A program made the translations under genes and the position numbers. Below, one piece after another: positions 1 through 12,837 of a stretch of DNA of 64,000 bases; positions within the stretch are counted from its first letter, which is position 1, and each line of letters opens with the position of its first letter. The stretch covers positions 7,932,016-7,996,015 of the forward strand of contig NC_069002.1 in assembly GCF_001194135.2 (NCBI RefSeq). The letters are read 5' to 3'. Below the pieces are notes generated by a model, which saw only the letters and a program-made list of their open reading frames with translations, was not told the origin of the DNA and did no database searches. This DNA is from Octopus bimaculoides. Its lineage: Eukaryota.

Positions 1-35
<35 letters not shown>

Positions 36-357
36 ACCATACACACGCATATATATATAATGCATATATATGTATATATATATGTGTCTGTCTGTCTCTC
101 TGTCGGTCAGCGCGCGCATATGTGTATGTATATATATATATGTAGTTAACCGTACATATGTATGTGTATGTATGTAGATATGTATGTATGTGTGTTTGTG
201 TTTGCAACATTCCTGCAGCGATTTAGCTAATGTGATTTTAACATGCGATACATTTGTACACAATAAACAATATCAATAATTAGAATCTCTGTCACTTTTA
301 TAGATTTACCTATACACACACACACACACAAATATATATATGTATGTATATATATGT

Positions 358-405
<48 letters not shown>

Positions 406-551
406 NNNNNNNNNNNNNNNNNNNNNNNNNNNNNNNNNNNNNNNNNNNNNNTATATATATATATATATATATATATTTGAGTGTGCATGTATGCATGTAT
501 TTATACTTCTATATGTACGCATCCACATAATACGTATACCATGTATATACA
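1..551. repeat. Mixed (TA)n, (TATG)n and (CA)n microsatellites around N-gap 406-451
   Basis: Dinucleotide runs are directly visible. The four overlapping ORFs here are YIYI/CVCV/THTH artefacts. Confidence 0.95.
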
Positions 552-750
552 TGTATGCTTTGCTAATTCTTTACTTTTCATATTCGTCACCAATAGGAGC
601 CAGTTTCTAACACGGATCCATTACTGTCCTATTGCAAAATAAGCTACGTGATTATGTAGGTGTCTGTAAGTTCGTGCATACGTCCAAGTGCATATACCTG
701 TAGGTCTCCAAGTCTGCGATCCTACTTTGTGATTATTTAAGTTCTTCACA

Positions 751-915
751 CATTTCGTCCGTCTTTACGTCCAGAGTTCAAATGCCGTCAGGATCGACTT
801 TGCCTTTTATTCTTCGGGATCAATGAAATGGGTACCAGTTGAGCATTGGAATCGATGTATTCGACTTATACCCTCCACCGAAATTGCTGGCCTTGTGCCA
901 AGATTTGAAACCAGT
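751..915 (+). mobile_element. SINE family A copy, 5'-truncated
   Basis: Contains the B-box-like GAGTTCAAATGCC, the core GACTTTGCCTTT...GTACCAGTTGAGCA and the 3' end GCTGGCCTTGTGCCAAGATTTGAAACCA, shared with more than 15 other copies in the window. Confidence 0.85.
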
Positions 916-1880
916 ATTTCTGAAACAACTACGTTTTTAGCAAAACCTTTAGAAAACTGTGTAACCAGTCCTTGAGATCAATCATTGATACGCTTTTCAT
1001 TGATAATTTTAAATGAGGGTCTTCCCCTTTAATATTTATATCTATGCTTAGAAATATAAAGAAATCCTCTATTTGAAAGTTCTGAGTGAACAGCTTCTTT
1101 TCTCACATCTCTCTGCCAAGACATGAATGATCACATATTAGAGGATTAGATAGATATAATATTTGATCTTTTCTTTGTCTCATTGTTCAGTGATTCTAAG
1201 ACATATCTTGTTCAAGTAAACATTAGCTTCCTCTCCGGAGAATACACTAGTCTGTATCTGTCAAGCTTCTGAAAAAAAAACATTTTATGTTATCACAGAG
1301 TTCTACACTCACTCGTCTATTTATTAATCTAAGTAGGCCCTCGGGAATATAAAATAATATGGCAACCCACACATATAAATACTGTGCAAAGAGACGTTTT
1401 GTTTTTGGTTCTGGTTTTCTTATTTAATTTCTAAGTATCTCGCCTGACGTCTGAAGTAATCCGGCTTCTTAAATTGTGATTCGAAAGTCAATTACCAACA
1501 GCTATTTAGCGTATATTTTAGTAACATCTACATCTTGGATTAGCAACAAAATATGAGAATGCTACGAAGTTGTTCGCCTGTTTACAATAGAATATAGCTT
1601 GTACAACATTGTACATGCAGTTTGTGTGAGATCTAGGATGCAGCGTACATCTTACCGTACGTCTGAGATAAGGAAATAAAATAATGTACCCCAAGGCACG
1701 TCTTAAAATCACGGTATAGGCACGCCCTAAATGCATTTCTCATAAGTGTGTCGAGTCATGACTGCCAGGGAGGCATCTCTCATCGTCGCTACCAACAACC
1801 ATAACAGCAACAAGTATAACAAGTGAAATAATTGTTTCTAATTTTGGCACAAGGCTAGCATTTATAAACATATCTATACT

Positions 1881-1921
<41 letters not shown>

Positions 1922-1947
1922 CTATCGGTCTGTCTGTCAACGGTGTA

Positions 1948-2062
1948 CACTGGAGCAATGCGAAATAAGGTGTCTTTCTCAAGAACACAACACACCGCCG
2001 GCAATTGAACTCCCGGCCTTATGATCATAAGCCGGACACCGAAACCACTAAACCAGGCACCT
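1948..2062 (-). mobile_element. SINE family C 5' portion (tRNA-like head plus CORE-like segment)
   Basis: Reverse strand reads GTGCCTGGTTTAGTGGTTTCGG...GAGTTCAATTGCC...GTGTTGTGTTCTTGAGAAAGACACC, homologous to 63044-63362. Confidence 0.75.
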
Positions 2063-3035
2063 AAAGGTTCAATTAAAGAATATTCTGGTCTGTCAACCTT
2101 TTCAACCGATGTCCAATACAACGCCTAAAATAACAATTTTTTCTCACACCAAACACCAAACAAGGAACATGTGTAGAATTAAATCCTAAATAGAAATAAA
2201 CCACGTTCAGATGTTCATAGATAGTGTTTTTTCGTTTTTTCACTTTTTTTCTTTTGTTTGTTTTTCCCTTTTACTTTTTTCTTTTTTTCTGTTCACCAAC
2301 ATCCGGCGACCTATCCTTGTTTACTGGAGTGAATATAGGAATGCAAACACCAAGTTTTTATTTGATTCCCTTCAGAACAGTCGCTGAAAATGTTGGCACT
2401 ATCACTTCAATAACTCTTACCATGAGAATAATTTCATGTTTGTTATCCCTTCATGATTGTTATTCTGTATCATACGTATAAGTTTTATTCTATGTGGTGG
2501 GTGAGTATGAGTTTATATGCATGAGGTGATGTGGCGAGTTTTTGAACGTGTATTTGTATGTGTGTGTCCGTGTGTGTGTGTGTCTGTTAGTGCGTATTTG
2601 TGCGGGAGTGTGTGTACATAAGTGTAGTCCTGTCGGTCGTTCTTCTAGAAATCCAGGGAGCACCATGTTAAAATCAATATTTCGAAGAGCTATTCCTTAA
2701 AAGAAATGTAATATTGGCAACTTCACCGTTTTAGTTGCTATTTCAATAGCACTACTACAACTACCACTACAACATCTACTACTACTACCAATACAACCAC
2801 CAGCACTGCCGCTATCATCATCCCCACCCCACCACCGTTACCATACCACATCTACTGTTACCTCCACCACTAATACTATTATTAACACTGCCAAAACCAC
2901 CACCACCACCACCACCACTTTTACTATTATGGCCTCGTTAATGCGCAAAAAGCATTTGTCCTAAGCATTACAAGTAACCCAAGATGTGTACCCGGCCTCG
3001 TGTCCTCTCGTGTGGCTGTATGCTATTTGGACGTG

Positions 3036-3562
3036 TATTTCTTAGATCTTATATTTTCTAGGGTTTATTTTCTAGGATTTATTTCTAGGGTTTATTTATT
3101 TTCTAAGGGGTCATTTTCTTAGATCTTACTTTTTCTAGGGTTTATTTTCTAGGGTTTATTTCTAGGGTTTATTTATTTTCTAGGGTCATTTTCTTAGATC
3201 TTATTTTTTCTAGGGTTTATTTTCTAGGGCTTATTTGTAGGGTTATTTCTAGGGTTTATTTATTTTCTAGGGTCTATTTTCTTAGATCTTATATTTTCTA
3301 GGTTTTATTTTCTTAGATCTTATATTTTCTAGGGTTTATTTTCTTAGATCTTATATTTTCTAGGGTTTATTTTCTAGGATATATTTCTAGGGTTATTTCT
3401 AGGGTTTATTTATTTTCTAAGGGGTCATTTTCTTAGATCTTACTTTTTCTAGGGTTTATTTTCTATGGTTTATTTCTATGGTTTATTTATTTTCTAGGGT
3501 TCATTTTCTTAGATCTTATATTTTCTAGGGTTTATTTTCTTAGATCTTATATTTTCTAGGGT
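3036..3562. repeat. Complex minisatellite of TTTTCTAGGGTTTA and TTTTCTTAGATCTTA subunits with higher-order periodicity
   Basis: The CTTAGATCTTA anchor recurs at about 3041, 3118, 3193, 3281, 3312, 3343, 3432, 3508 and 3539 (spacings about 31, 75-77 and 88-89 bp). Confidence 0.95.
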
Positions 3563-3689
3563 GCTTCAGGTTTATTTTCGCAGACTCATTTCTGTACAAC
3601 CTACCTGCCTGATAATTTACCCTTTTCATGCTTCCATTCATCTCTCCAACAGGGCTATTACAAAGAACATGTTGTTATTCTCATCGTTA

Positions 3690-5018
<1,329 letters not shown>

Positions 5019-5610
5019 GAGTGAGAGAGCAATTCATGCCATCAAAGTGACACTGGGGTAAAATATACGAAGCCCAGTATACCCATCATGACTACCTGTC
5101 TGACAAGGGTACACCAGGCACATGCATCACAACCATGTGTGTGCAACATAGTGATCTCATATCAAGATAAACAGTGCATGACCTCGCAGGTGGGGGCCCA
5201 GTTAGAATTTTCTTCAGGTCGACTAGCCCATCCCTTGAATAAGGGTTGTTTATGGCTGTTGAACGTAACCCCCATGTTTACAAAGGTGAATTAGCCAAAC
5301 CCCAAACGTATTCTTCTCAACACAATTGCTATGATGCTCCACAATTGCTATGGTGTTCCACCCTTATTGCAGCCCCTATTCGTTCCATGTCTACGAGGTT
5401 GTTCAGGTAATAACACTCCATGACCACAGCATTGACTTGTTTATTCCACTTACGCCGTGTGTGCTGGTCTATTGCTGTATAACGACAGGCTGGAGTAGGA
5501 CCATTATCTCTGTGCCTGCCCGATGCAACACTGTCATCATCAAGGGCTTCAGTTGCATTTCCACAGTTATTCACAATATTTTCCTTTTTCATTGTCACTC
5601 ATATGAAGTA
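5019..5610 (-). mobile_element. Internally deleted R4/Dong-like non-LTR retrotransposon: ORF N-terminus joined to a putative 3' UTR ending in (AAT)n
   Basis: ORF 5598-5329 contains RRKWNKQVNAVVMECYYLNN, matching the RRKW..E.N...M.CYY motif at the N-terminus of R4-clade ORFs. The minus strand ends CTCTCTCACTC-AATAATAAT at 5019. A 19-bp direct repeat (5321-5358) sits at the apparent junction. Confidence 0.55.
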
Positions 5611-5625
5611 GCGATTATCAGATGT

Positions 5626-5770
5626 TGGTTTCAAATTTTGACACTAGGCCAGCAATTTCGGGGGAGGAGATAAGTAAAGTACATTGACCCCAATGTTGAA
5701 CTGGTATTTGTTTTATCGACCCAGAAAGGATGAAATGTAAGGTCGACCTCACCGTAATTTGAACTCAAGA
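5626..5770 (-). mobile_element. SINE family A copy
   Basis: Reverse complement of the family A body and 3' end (TGGTTTCAAATTTTG...GGTCGACCTC...TTTGAACTC on the + strand). Confidence 0.85.
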
Positions 5771-6000
5771 TCCCTAAATATAGCTATACAATAAAAGATA
5801 TTAAATCAGATACAATCAAATTACAAGAGCAGCGATACAAAGACGTGGAAACCTTATTAAATCGATCTTACCATGATCATGATCAGGTTTACGCATGTTT
5901 TCTAAGCTTTACCTATGTCTCTTGCAAGAACACAAATTCGATTTTATTTCTCAAATGATAAATAATAACGATAATAACAATAAAAACTAATAAATAATAA

Positions 6001-6228
6001 CTCTTTTACTCTTTTACTCTTTTACTTGTTTCAGTCATTTGACTGCGGCCATGCTGGAGCACCGCCTTTAGTCGAGCAAATCGACCCCCAGGACTTATTC
6101 TTTGGAAGCCTAGTACTTATTCTATCGATATCGTTTGCCGAACCGCTAAGTTACGAGGACCTAAACACACCAGCATCGGTTGTCAAGCGATGTTGGGGGG
6201 ACAAACACAGACACACAGACACACATAC

Positions 6229-6269
<41 letters not shown>

Positions 6270-6427
6270 TACGACGGGCTTCTTTCAGTTTCCGTCTACC
6301 AAATCCACTCACAAGGCTTTGGTCGGCCCGAGGCTATAGCAGAAGACACTTGCCCAAGGTGCCACGCAGTGGGACTAAACTCAGAACCACATGGTTGGTA
6401 AGCAATCTACTTACCACACAGCCACTC
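6001..6427 (-). mobile_element. Full-length SINE family B: tRNA-like head, CORE-like segment, internal (TA)n/(CA)n, 3' module, (TAAAAGAG)n tail
   Basis: Near-identical in reverse to 11811-12190. The CTCTTTTA octamer tail is repeated three times at about 6001-6025. The segment CACCTTGGGCAAGTGTCTT resembles the CORE domain. Confidence 0.92.
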
Positions 6428-7039
6428 GATAATGATTCTAATAAATAATGCTGAAAATCCACTTTGAATAATATGTTAATATTTTGCATAGCGGCATATA
6501 TTACTTTGCAGCTATCTGATTGCATTCGTTCAGGATTATCCTCGTTGAGGCTGTTCTATATAGAATAGACTTAATTACTATGATAAATGTTTCAACGCAT
6601 TGTCATATATTTCCATAAAGTAAAATCGCTGTATTGTTAGCACATCCTGAGCACATTAGAGACAGTAAAACTAATAGCAATAATAACAACTAGTTGAACA
6701 GTAACGGCAACGAGCGTATGTGCTATTGTATAAATATATATTAGCTTTAATGTAATTTACATATATAATACTAAATAGAAAGGTGATATATTTAAATGCT
6801 ATGGTAGCTTTGTCCTGTATTATTGTAATGGCAATACTGTAGAACGATATCAGAACAAATCCTCATTATTATTGTCATCTTCCATTAAAATATCATTGAC
6901 TGCTATATCACTGAGGTATGTTATCATATGTAGATAAGACGATATATTTCTTATATAACACATGGTTTGATATAGGATTCTGGCTTCTGGTTTAAGTATT
7001 TCTAAGTAAATATACAGGTGCATGTATCCACCATCGTAC

Positions 7040-7235
7040 CTCGTTAACACACGCGTGCACACCCGCACACTCACACACACACACATACACACAAACACAC
7101 ACACATGCAGATAGGTGCACGAAAGGACACGCACTCACCCTCACACATGCATACACGTACACACGCATCAGCAAGCGGGCATGCACAAACCTACACGTAT
7201 CTCAATTCACCCACCGTCGAGTTGCTCTCCGGTAG

Positions 7236-7289
<54 letters not shown>

Positions 7290-7715
7290 GCACGAGGACA
7301 CTCACATAGTCATCCGCAGCTACTCTTCAAATAAGCATACATACAGATGCACGTACACAAACACACACACACACACACACATACACACACTGGCACGAGG
7401 ACACTCACATAGTCATCCGCGGCTACTCTTCAAATAAACACACACCCACACACACATACACGCACACAAAACCACACAAACATACACACAGAAATACCCA
7501 CTAGTGTTTATTGGCATACCGTGCATATACTCTCCATGTGTAAGTGTGTATATGTACATTTATGCACTTACACAGACACACTATTTCGCAAGCGTTCACA
7601 CACGCACACTCCTTACACAAATTCGTACACATATACACACACTCACAAACACATATATTCACAGACGCTAAGAATACATCTATTAACACTATATATTCTT
7701 CATTTCTTATACATA
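7040..7715. repeat. (CA)n-rich region with a 103-bp-period duplication of CTGGCACGAGGACACTCACATAGTCATCCGC.GCTACTCTTCAAATAA
   Basis: Copies at 7287-7334 and 7390-7437, each preceded by (CA)n. Confidence 0.9.
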
Positions 7716-9224
7716 NNNNNNNNNNNNNNNNNNNNNNNNNNNNNNNNNNNNNNNNNNNNNNNNNNNNNNNNNNNNNNNNNNNNNNNNNNNNNNNNNNNNN
7801 NNNNNNNNNNNNNNNNNNNNNNNNNNNNNNNNNNNNNNNNNNNNNNNNNNNNNNNNNNNNNNNNNNNNNNNNNNNNNNNNNNNNNNNNNNNNNNNNNNNN
7901 NNNNNNNNNNNNNNNNNNNNNNNNNNNNNNNNNNNNNNNNNNNNNNNNNNNNNNNNNNNNNNNNNNNNNNNNNNNNNNNNNNNNNNNNNNNNNNNNNNNN
8001 NNNNNNNNNNNNNNNNNNNNNNNNNNNNNNNNNNNNNNNNNNNNNNNNNNNNNNNNNNNNNNNNNNNNNNNNNNNNNNNNNNNNNNNNNNNNNNNNNNNN
8101 NNNNNNNNNNNNNNNNNNNNNNNNNNNNNNNNNNNNNNNNNNNNNNNNNNNNNNNNNNNNNNNNNNNNNNNNNNNNNNNNNNNNNNNNNNNNNNNNNNNN
8201 NNNNNNNNNNNNNNNNNNNNNNNNNNNNNNNNNNNNNNNNNNNNNNNNNNNNNNNNNNNNNNNNNNNNNNNNNNNNNNNNNNNNNNNNNNNNNNNNNNNN
8301 NNNNNNNNNNNNNNNNNNNNNNNNNNNNNNNNNNNNNNNNNNNNNNNNNNNNNNNNNNNNNNNNNNNNNNNNNNNNNNNNNNNNNNNNNNNNNNNNNNNN
8401 NNNNNNNNNNNNNNNNNNNNNNNNNNNNNNNNNNNNNNNNNNNNNNNNNNNNNNNNNNNNNNNNNNNNNNNNNNNNNNNNNNNNNNNNNNNNNNNNNNNN
8501 NNNNNNNNNNNNNNNNNNNNNNNNNNNNNNNNNNNNNNNNNNNNNNNNNNNNNNNNNNNNNNNNNNNNNNNNNNNNNNNNNNNNNNNNNNNNNNNNNNNN
8601 NNNNNNNNNNNNNNNNNNNNNNNNNNNNNNNNNNNNNNNNNTATATATATATATATATATGCTATTGAATCTTGAGAGGGGTAATATGGAAACCAATTTT
8701 CATCGGTGAGTTCATGAACCTTGGTTCTTTTTCCTAAAACTATATATTAATATTTTGTACTGTGAAACTTAATTTAATTTTAATTTTTAATAAATTGAAT
8801 TTAATTGAGTTTTTACCTGTAAATTTGGATTTTTATCCCTAATAATATTATTATTATATATATATATATTGTTACGATCAGGCAAATTATAATGTGAGAA
8901 AAAGAGGTAAACTACTGATTGCAACAACAAAGTGTTCAGACAGGGAAGTAAATGTTCATATATGAAGATTATGTCCAGTCTCAATTGTTTCAAGGTAGGT
9001 GGTGAACAGTCCGACCCGTATGTTGCTCCGTCTCGTTCTGGTTCTGGTTCTATTCGCACCAAGCTGCCACTGTCTACCCCACTCCCCTTTTTAAAAAGAA
9101 GTACGAGATTACATGCCTTGCTCGTTAACAGGAAGTGACCGAGGTTACCTGTCTCGTACTATGCTAACTTCCTGTATATATATTTGGTTATTCATACCAA
9201 CGTTATTTCATTTCTGCCAAACAG

Positions 9225-9266
9225 TCGTTGACAAAGGATTATCTCGTCACCTTCGGAAAATATAAG
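9225..9266 (+). other. Candidate 42-nt internal exon (phase 0-0 reading SLTKDYLVTFGKYK, or non-coding)
   Basis: Acceptor TTATTTCATTTCTGCCAAACAG and consensus donor AAG|GTAAGT. There is no homology support. Confidence 0.35.
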
Positions 9267-10349
9267 GTAAGTTATCACTCTTCATTATCTTATAGGCATA
9301 CATAACAATATATATATATTTACCTGCTCATATGGTATATACAAGCTGGAAATAAACATCCCTTTTGCACCATCGAGAATCATTTCTAACCTATCTATTC
9401 TGGTCTGTGTTATTCTATATCTGGATATTAATTTTTTGATTAAGAATCTCTCTGTATGAATATATAATGAATTCCTAGTCACATATTTAGAACTATAAAG
9501 AATGTGGGAACTTTCATTGTTTTTTTTTATCTTGCATTTGAATCTAAGTTAGACTATAAAAGAATTAACAAACTTTCTAGAGAGCGGGAAATAATAATTA
9601 TTTTTATTAGTAACATTTCATCTCGAAATACATGAAGCTATAAAAGATAGCGCGATAATTTTTGGGTAAACTTAGAGTTTCTTCTATTTTGGATAAACGT
9701 CAAGTTTCTTCTATCCAAAAGGGTTATTTTGGAGTTTTTATATGATTCGAGATCCGTTCTTCAAAAAAAAAAAAAAAAAAAAGAATTATGTAACTATGTT
9801 AGACTTCTTCTTACCAAGAGAAATAGATGTCACATACAGTGTGAAAGAGATTAGACTGCTGTTTCTAGTAGTTCAAGAAACGGAGCAGATGGGACCGTTT
9901 GGAATCAAATTAAGAATGTAATTCGTTTAAAATGTTATAAATGATAATACTACATCATAATCAATGTAAAAATAGTTACAAATAACACATGTAATATATC
10001 AAAACTGAATATCACTGGTTTATTATATAGTTCGATTAAGATAGCTGCAAGGCAAAAACGTTGAAAGTGGTGAAAATAAAACAAGAACACTGCATGGGAG
10101 CGTCTAATTGCTTTCTCTGTCTGCAAGTATGCAAGAAATAGCAGTAAAATCATCTTCAAATGAAAGGCTACAATCTCAGATACGAAGACTACTTTTAACA
10201 ATATAGCCACATAAAAATACGAAAGTCCGGAGAACAAAAATGTCGCAAATAATGCCTTCTACTGTTTTGCAAAAATTATTGCTGACATCTATAAGGTCGT
10301 ACATTATAGTAAATTCCAATGCGTTATGTGGTTACATAGGCGCAAATAT

Positions 10350-10720
10350 GGAAGCAAAGTTGTGTCTCGTTGAGGAGGAGTCTTTACAAACATGTGTTTT
10401 CGGTTTCAACTGCACTGCGCGGCATGTTCTATTATAACTTCGGGCCGTCCAAATCCTTGTGAATAAATTTGGTGGACAGAAACTGCGTGGAAGCCCGTGT
10501 ATGTGTATGTGTCCCTTTGCATTTGATCCCACCTCCACAATTAACAGCTCTGTTTATGCTCACGTGACCCGGCGCTATTGATTACATACAGGCTTTAAAA
10601 CCAAAAAAGAAGAAATATATACTGGGGACGGATTCTTTGACAAATCCCCTCAAGGTGGTACCCCAGCTTGACCGCTGCCCAAAAACTGAAGTGAATGAAA
10701 CATAAAACATTGAGACACAA
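10350..10720 (+). mobile_element. Degenerate SINE family B copy
   Basis: Diverged head (CGGTTTCAACTGCACTGCG...CTTCGGGCCGTCCAAATCCTTGTGA...GGAAGCCCG), GT-rich spacer and 3' module (AAGGTGGTACCCCAGCTTGACCGC). Confidence 0.7.
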
Positions 10721-11040
10721 CGGAATAATTATCAATCATGAATCATTCTATAAAACCCTTGAGGTTGGTGCTACAGCATGACCGCAGCACAACGACAGAA
10801 ATGAGTGAAACATAAAACATGAAGACAAAACAGAATAAGTATTAATCGTGATTTATTCCATAAAATTCTTGAGGTAGCTGCCCCAGCATGACCGCAGTTC
10901 AGCGACTGAACAATGCAAAGCACAAGAGAAAACATGAAAACAGAGTAAGTAACAATCTCGAATTGTTTGTTAAAACTCATCATGTGGTTGCTGTAGCAAT
11001 GCCGCGGGCCCTTGATTGAAACGAGTGATAAAATATAAAA
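10641..11040 (+). repeat. 110-bp tandem repeat (about 3.6 units) derived from the SINE B 3' end
   Basis: Units start at 10641, 10751, 10861 and 10971. Each carries the GAGGTxGxTGCxxCAGCATGACCGCAG motif of the SINE B 3' end. Confidence 0.85.
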
Positions 11041-11725
11041 CATATTAAGTTTAGCAGACCAATATTTGAAATACGTACTTCTTTGACCCCACATTGGTGA
11101 TAAATTGAGCACGAATATACAGCAAAAGAAGCGAAAAGTGAACCATGGATTATTCTTCTCTGCTATTTCACGTCGCATATCGTTGGATTGCATTGCCTCT
11201 TTTGACACGACTAAATCTGAACTGTCATGTGAAATCATAATTTACGGAGGAATCATCATAGTAACTCAAATGAACATACTATCGAATTATAGAAGAAAAT
11301 TAGATTGTTGTCTATTTTTGCCATTTGTTTTTACTGGAGGTGGGTGGACGCTTGGCGTTGTGATATCGTATCAGAAATTGTCTTCAGGAATTAACCATTG
11401 GAAAGGATATATTCTCTATGAAAAGTTAATTGAAACTGGATAAAAAAAATTAACTCAAGTATTGTACATGTTTCTATCTAAACTGAAGATTTTCCAATTT
11501 TCTTTCCTTTTGGTGTTTTATTTAGAACTACAGGTTAATGACGAAGGAGAAATAAAACATTTTCTCTCTTTTATTATTTTTTTGTGTGCGTGCGTATAGA
11601 ATATATTGCTTTAAGACAATCAAATATATTTCTCTCACCTCCCGACGTCTGATTTATTGATCATTAAGTTTTATTATTCCTCTTGGTGAAAATACAAATA
11701 TATGAAATAATTTACCTTAGCCGTT

Positions 11726-11761
<36 letters not shown>

Positions 11762-11810
11762 GCAAATACAAATGTATATATCTTCCAGCTCAAAAAAAAG
11801 AACATGCATT

Positions 11811-11970
11811 GGCGCAGGAGTGGCTGTGTGGTAAATAGCTTGCTAACCAACCACATGGTTCCGGGTTCAGTCCCACTGCGTGCCACCTTGGTAAGTGTCT
11901 TCTACTATAACCTCGGGCCGACCAAACCTTGTGAGTGGATTTGGTAGACGGAAACTGAAAGATGCCCGTC

Positions 11971-12030
<60 letters not shown>

Positions 12031-12372
12031 ATATGCGTTTGTCCCCGAACATCGCTTGACAACTGATGCTGGTGTGTTTGTCCCCGTAACTTATCGGTTC
12101 GGCAAAAGAGACCGAGAGAATAATTCCTGGGGTTGATTTCTTCGACTAAAGGCGGTGCTACAGCATAGCCGCAGTCAAATGGCAGAAACAATTTGGTATA
12201 TTTGCGTGCCCGTAGCTTAGCGATTCGGCAAAAGAAACCGATAGAAGATGCAACAGTCCTACCAAAAAAAATAAGTCCTGGAGTCGATTCAATGAACAAA
12301 ATATGTTTGAGCTGCAGCGCCCTGCATAGCCGCAGTCTAATGACTAAAGCGAGTAAAAGATAAAAAATAAGA
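11811..12372 (+). mobile_element. Full-length SINE family B (11811-12190) followed by a second 3' module (about 12200-12372)
   Basis: Head GGCGCAGGAGTGGCTGTGTGGTAA...GGGTTCAGTCCCACTGCG, internal (TA)n at about 11972-12020, and the 3' module present twice (CCCGTAACTTATCGGTTCGGCAAAAG and CCCGTAGCTTAGCGATTCGGCAAAAG). Confidence 0.92.
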
Positions 12373-12488
12373 TATACTTTCATTGTATTATTAATAGTAA
12401 ACGCATAGAAAGCAGCGGGACCGAAACACAACATATGGTTCTTTGAGTATGTCCTTTTATCCAAAGAAATGTTTCATAAAAGAAATGT

Positions 12489-12837
12489 GGAGGGGTAATG
12501 GTCCAGTGGTTAGGGCAGCAGACTCGTGGTCATAGCATCGCAGTTTCATTTCTCAGACCGGGCGTTGTCAGTATTTATTGAGTGAAAACACCTAAAGCTC
12601 CACAAGGCTCCAGCGGGGGCTGGTGGCGAACTCTGCTGTACTTTTTCCCCACAACTTTCTCTCACTCCTTCTTCCTTTTTCTGTTGTACTTGTATTTCAA
12701 AGGGCCAACCTTGACACACTTTGTGTCACGCTGAATCTCCCCGAGAACTACGTTAAGTGTACACGTGTCTATGGAGTGCTCAGCCACTTGCACATTAATT
12801 TCACGAGCAGGCAGTTCCGTTGATCGGATCAACTGGA
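12489..12837 (+). mobile_element. SINE family C variant (distinct head, shared 3' domain)
   Basis: tRNA-like head GGTCCAGTGGTTAGGGCAGCAGACTC. The 3' domain GTCACGCTGAATCTCCCCGAGAACTACG...GTTGATCGGATCAACTGG is homologous to the reverse of 63044-63230. Confidence 0.85.

Noticed and set aside
597-665. Strong acceptor (branch CTAAT, pyrimidine tract, TAG at 595-596) with GTAGGT/GTAAGT donors at 656 and 666
   Set aside because: All frames hit stops if the better donor is used and there is no homology. Not distinguishable from chance without RNA data.
11105-11443. 112-aa ORF in unique sequence
   Set aside because: It has a TTG start and no recognisable domain or splice context. One or two ORFs of this length are expected by chance in a window this size.
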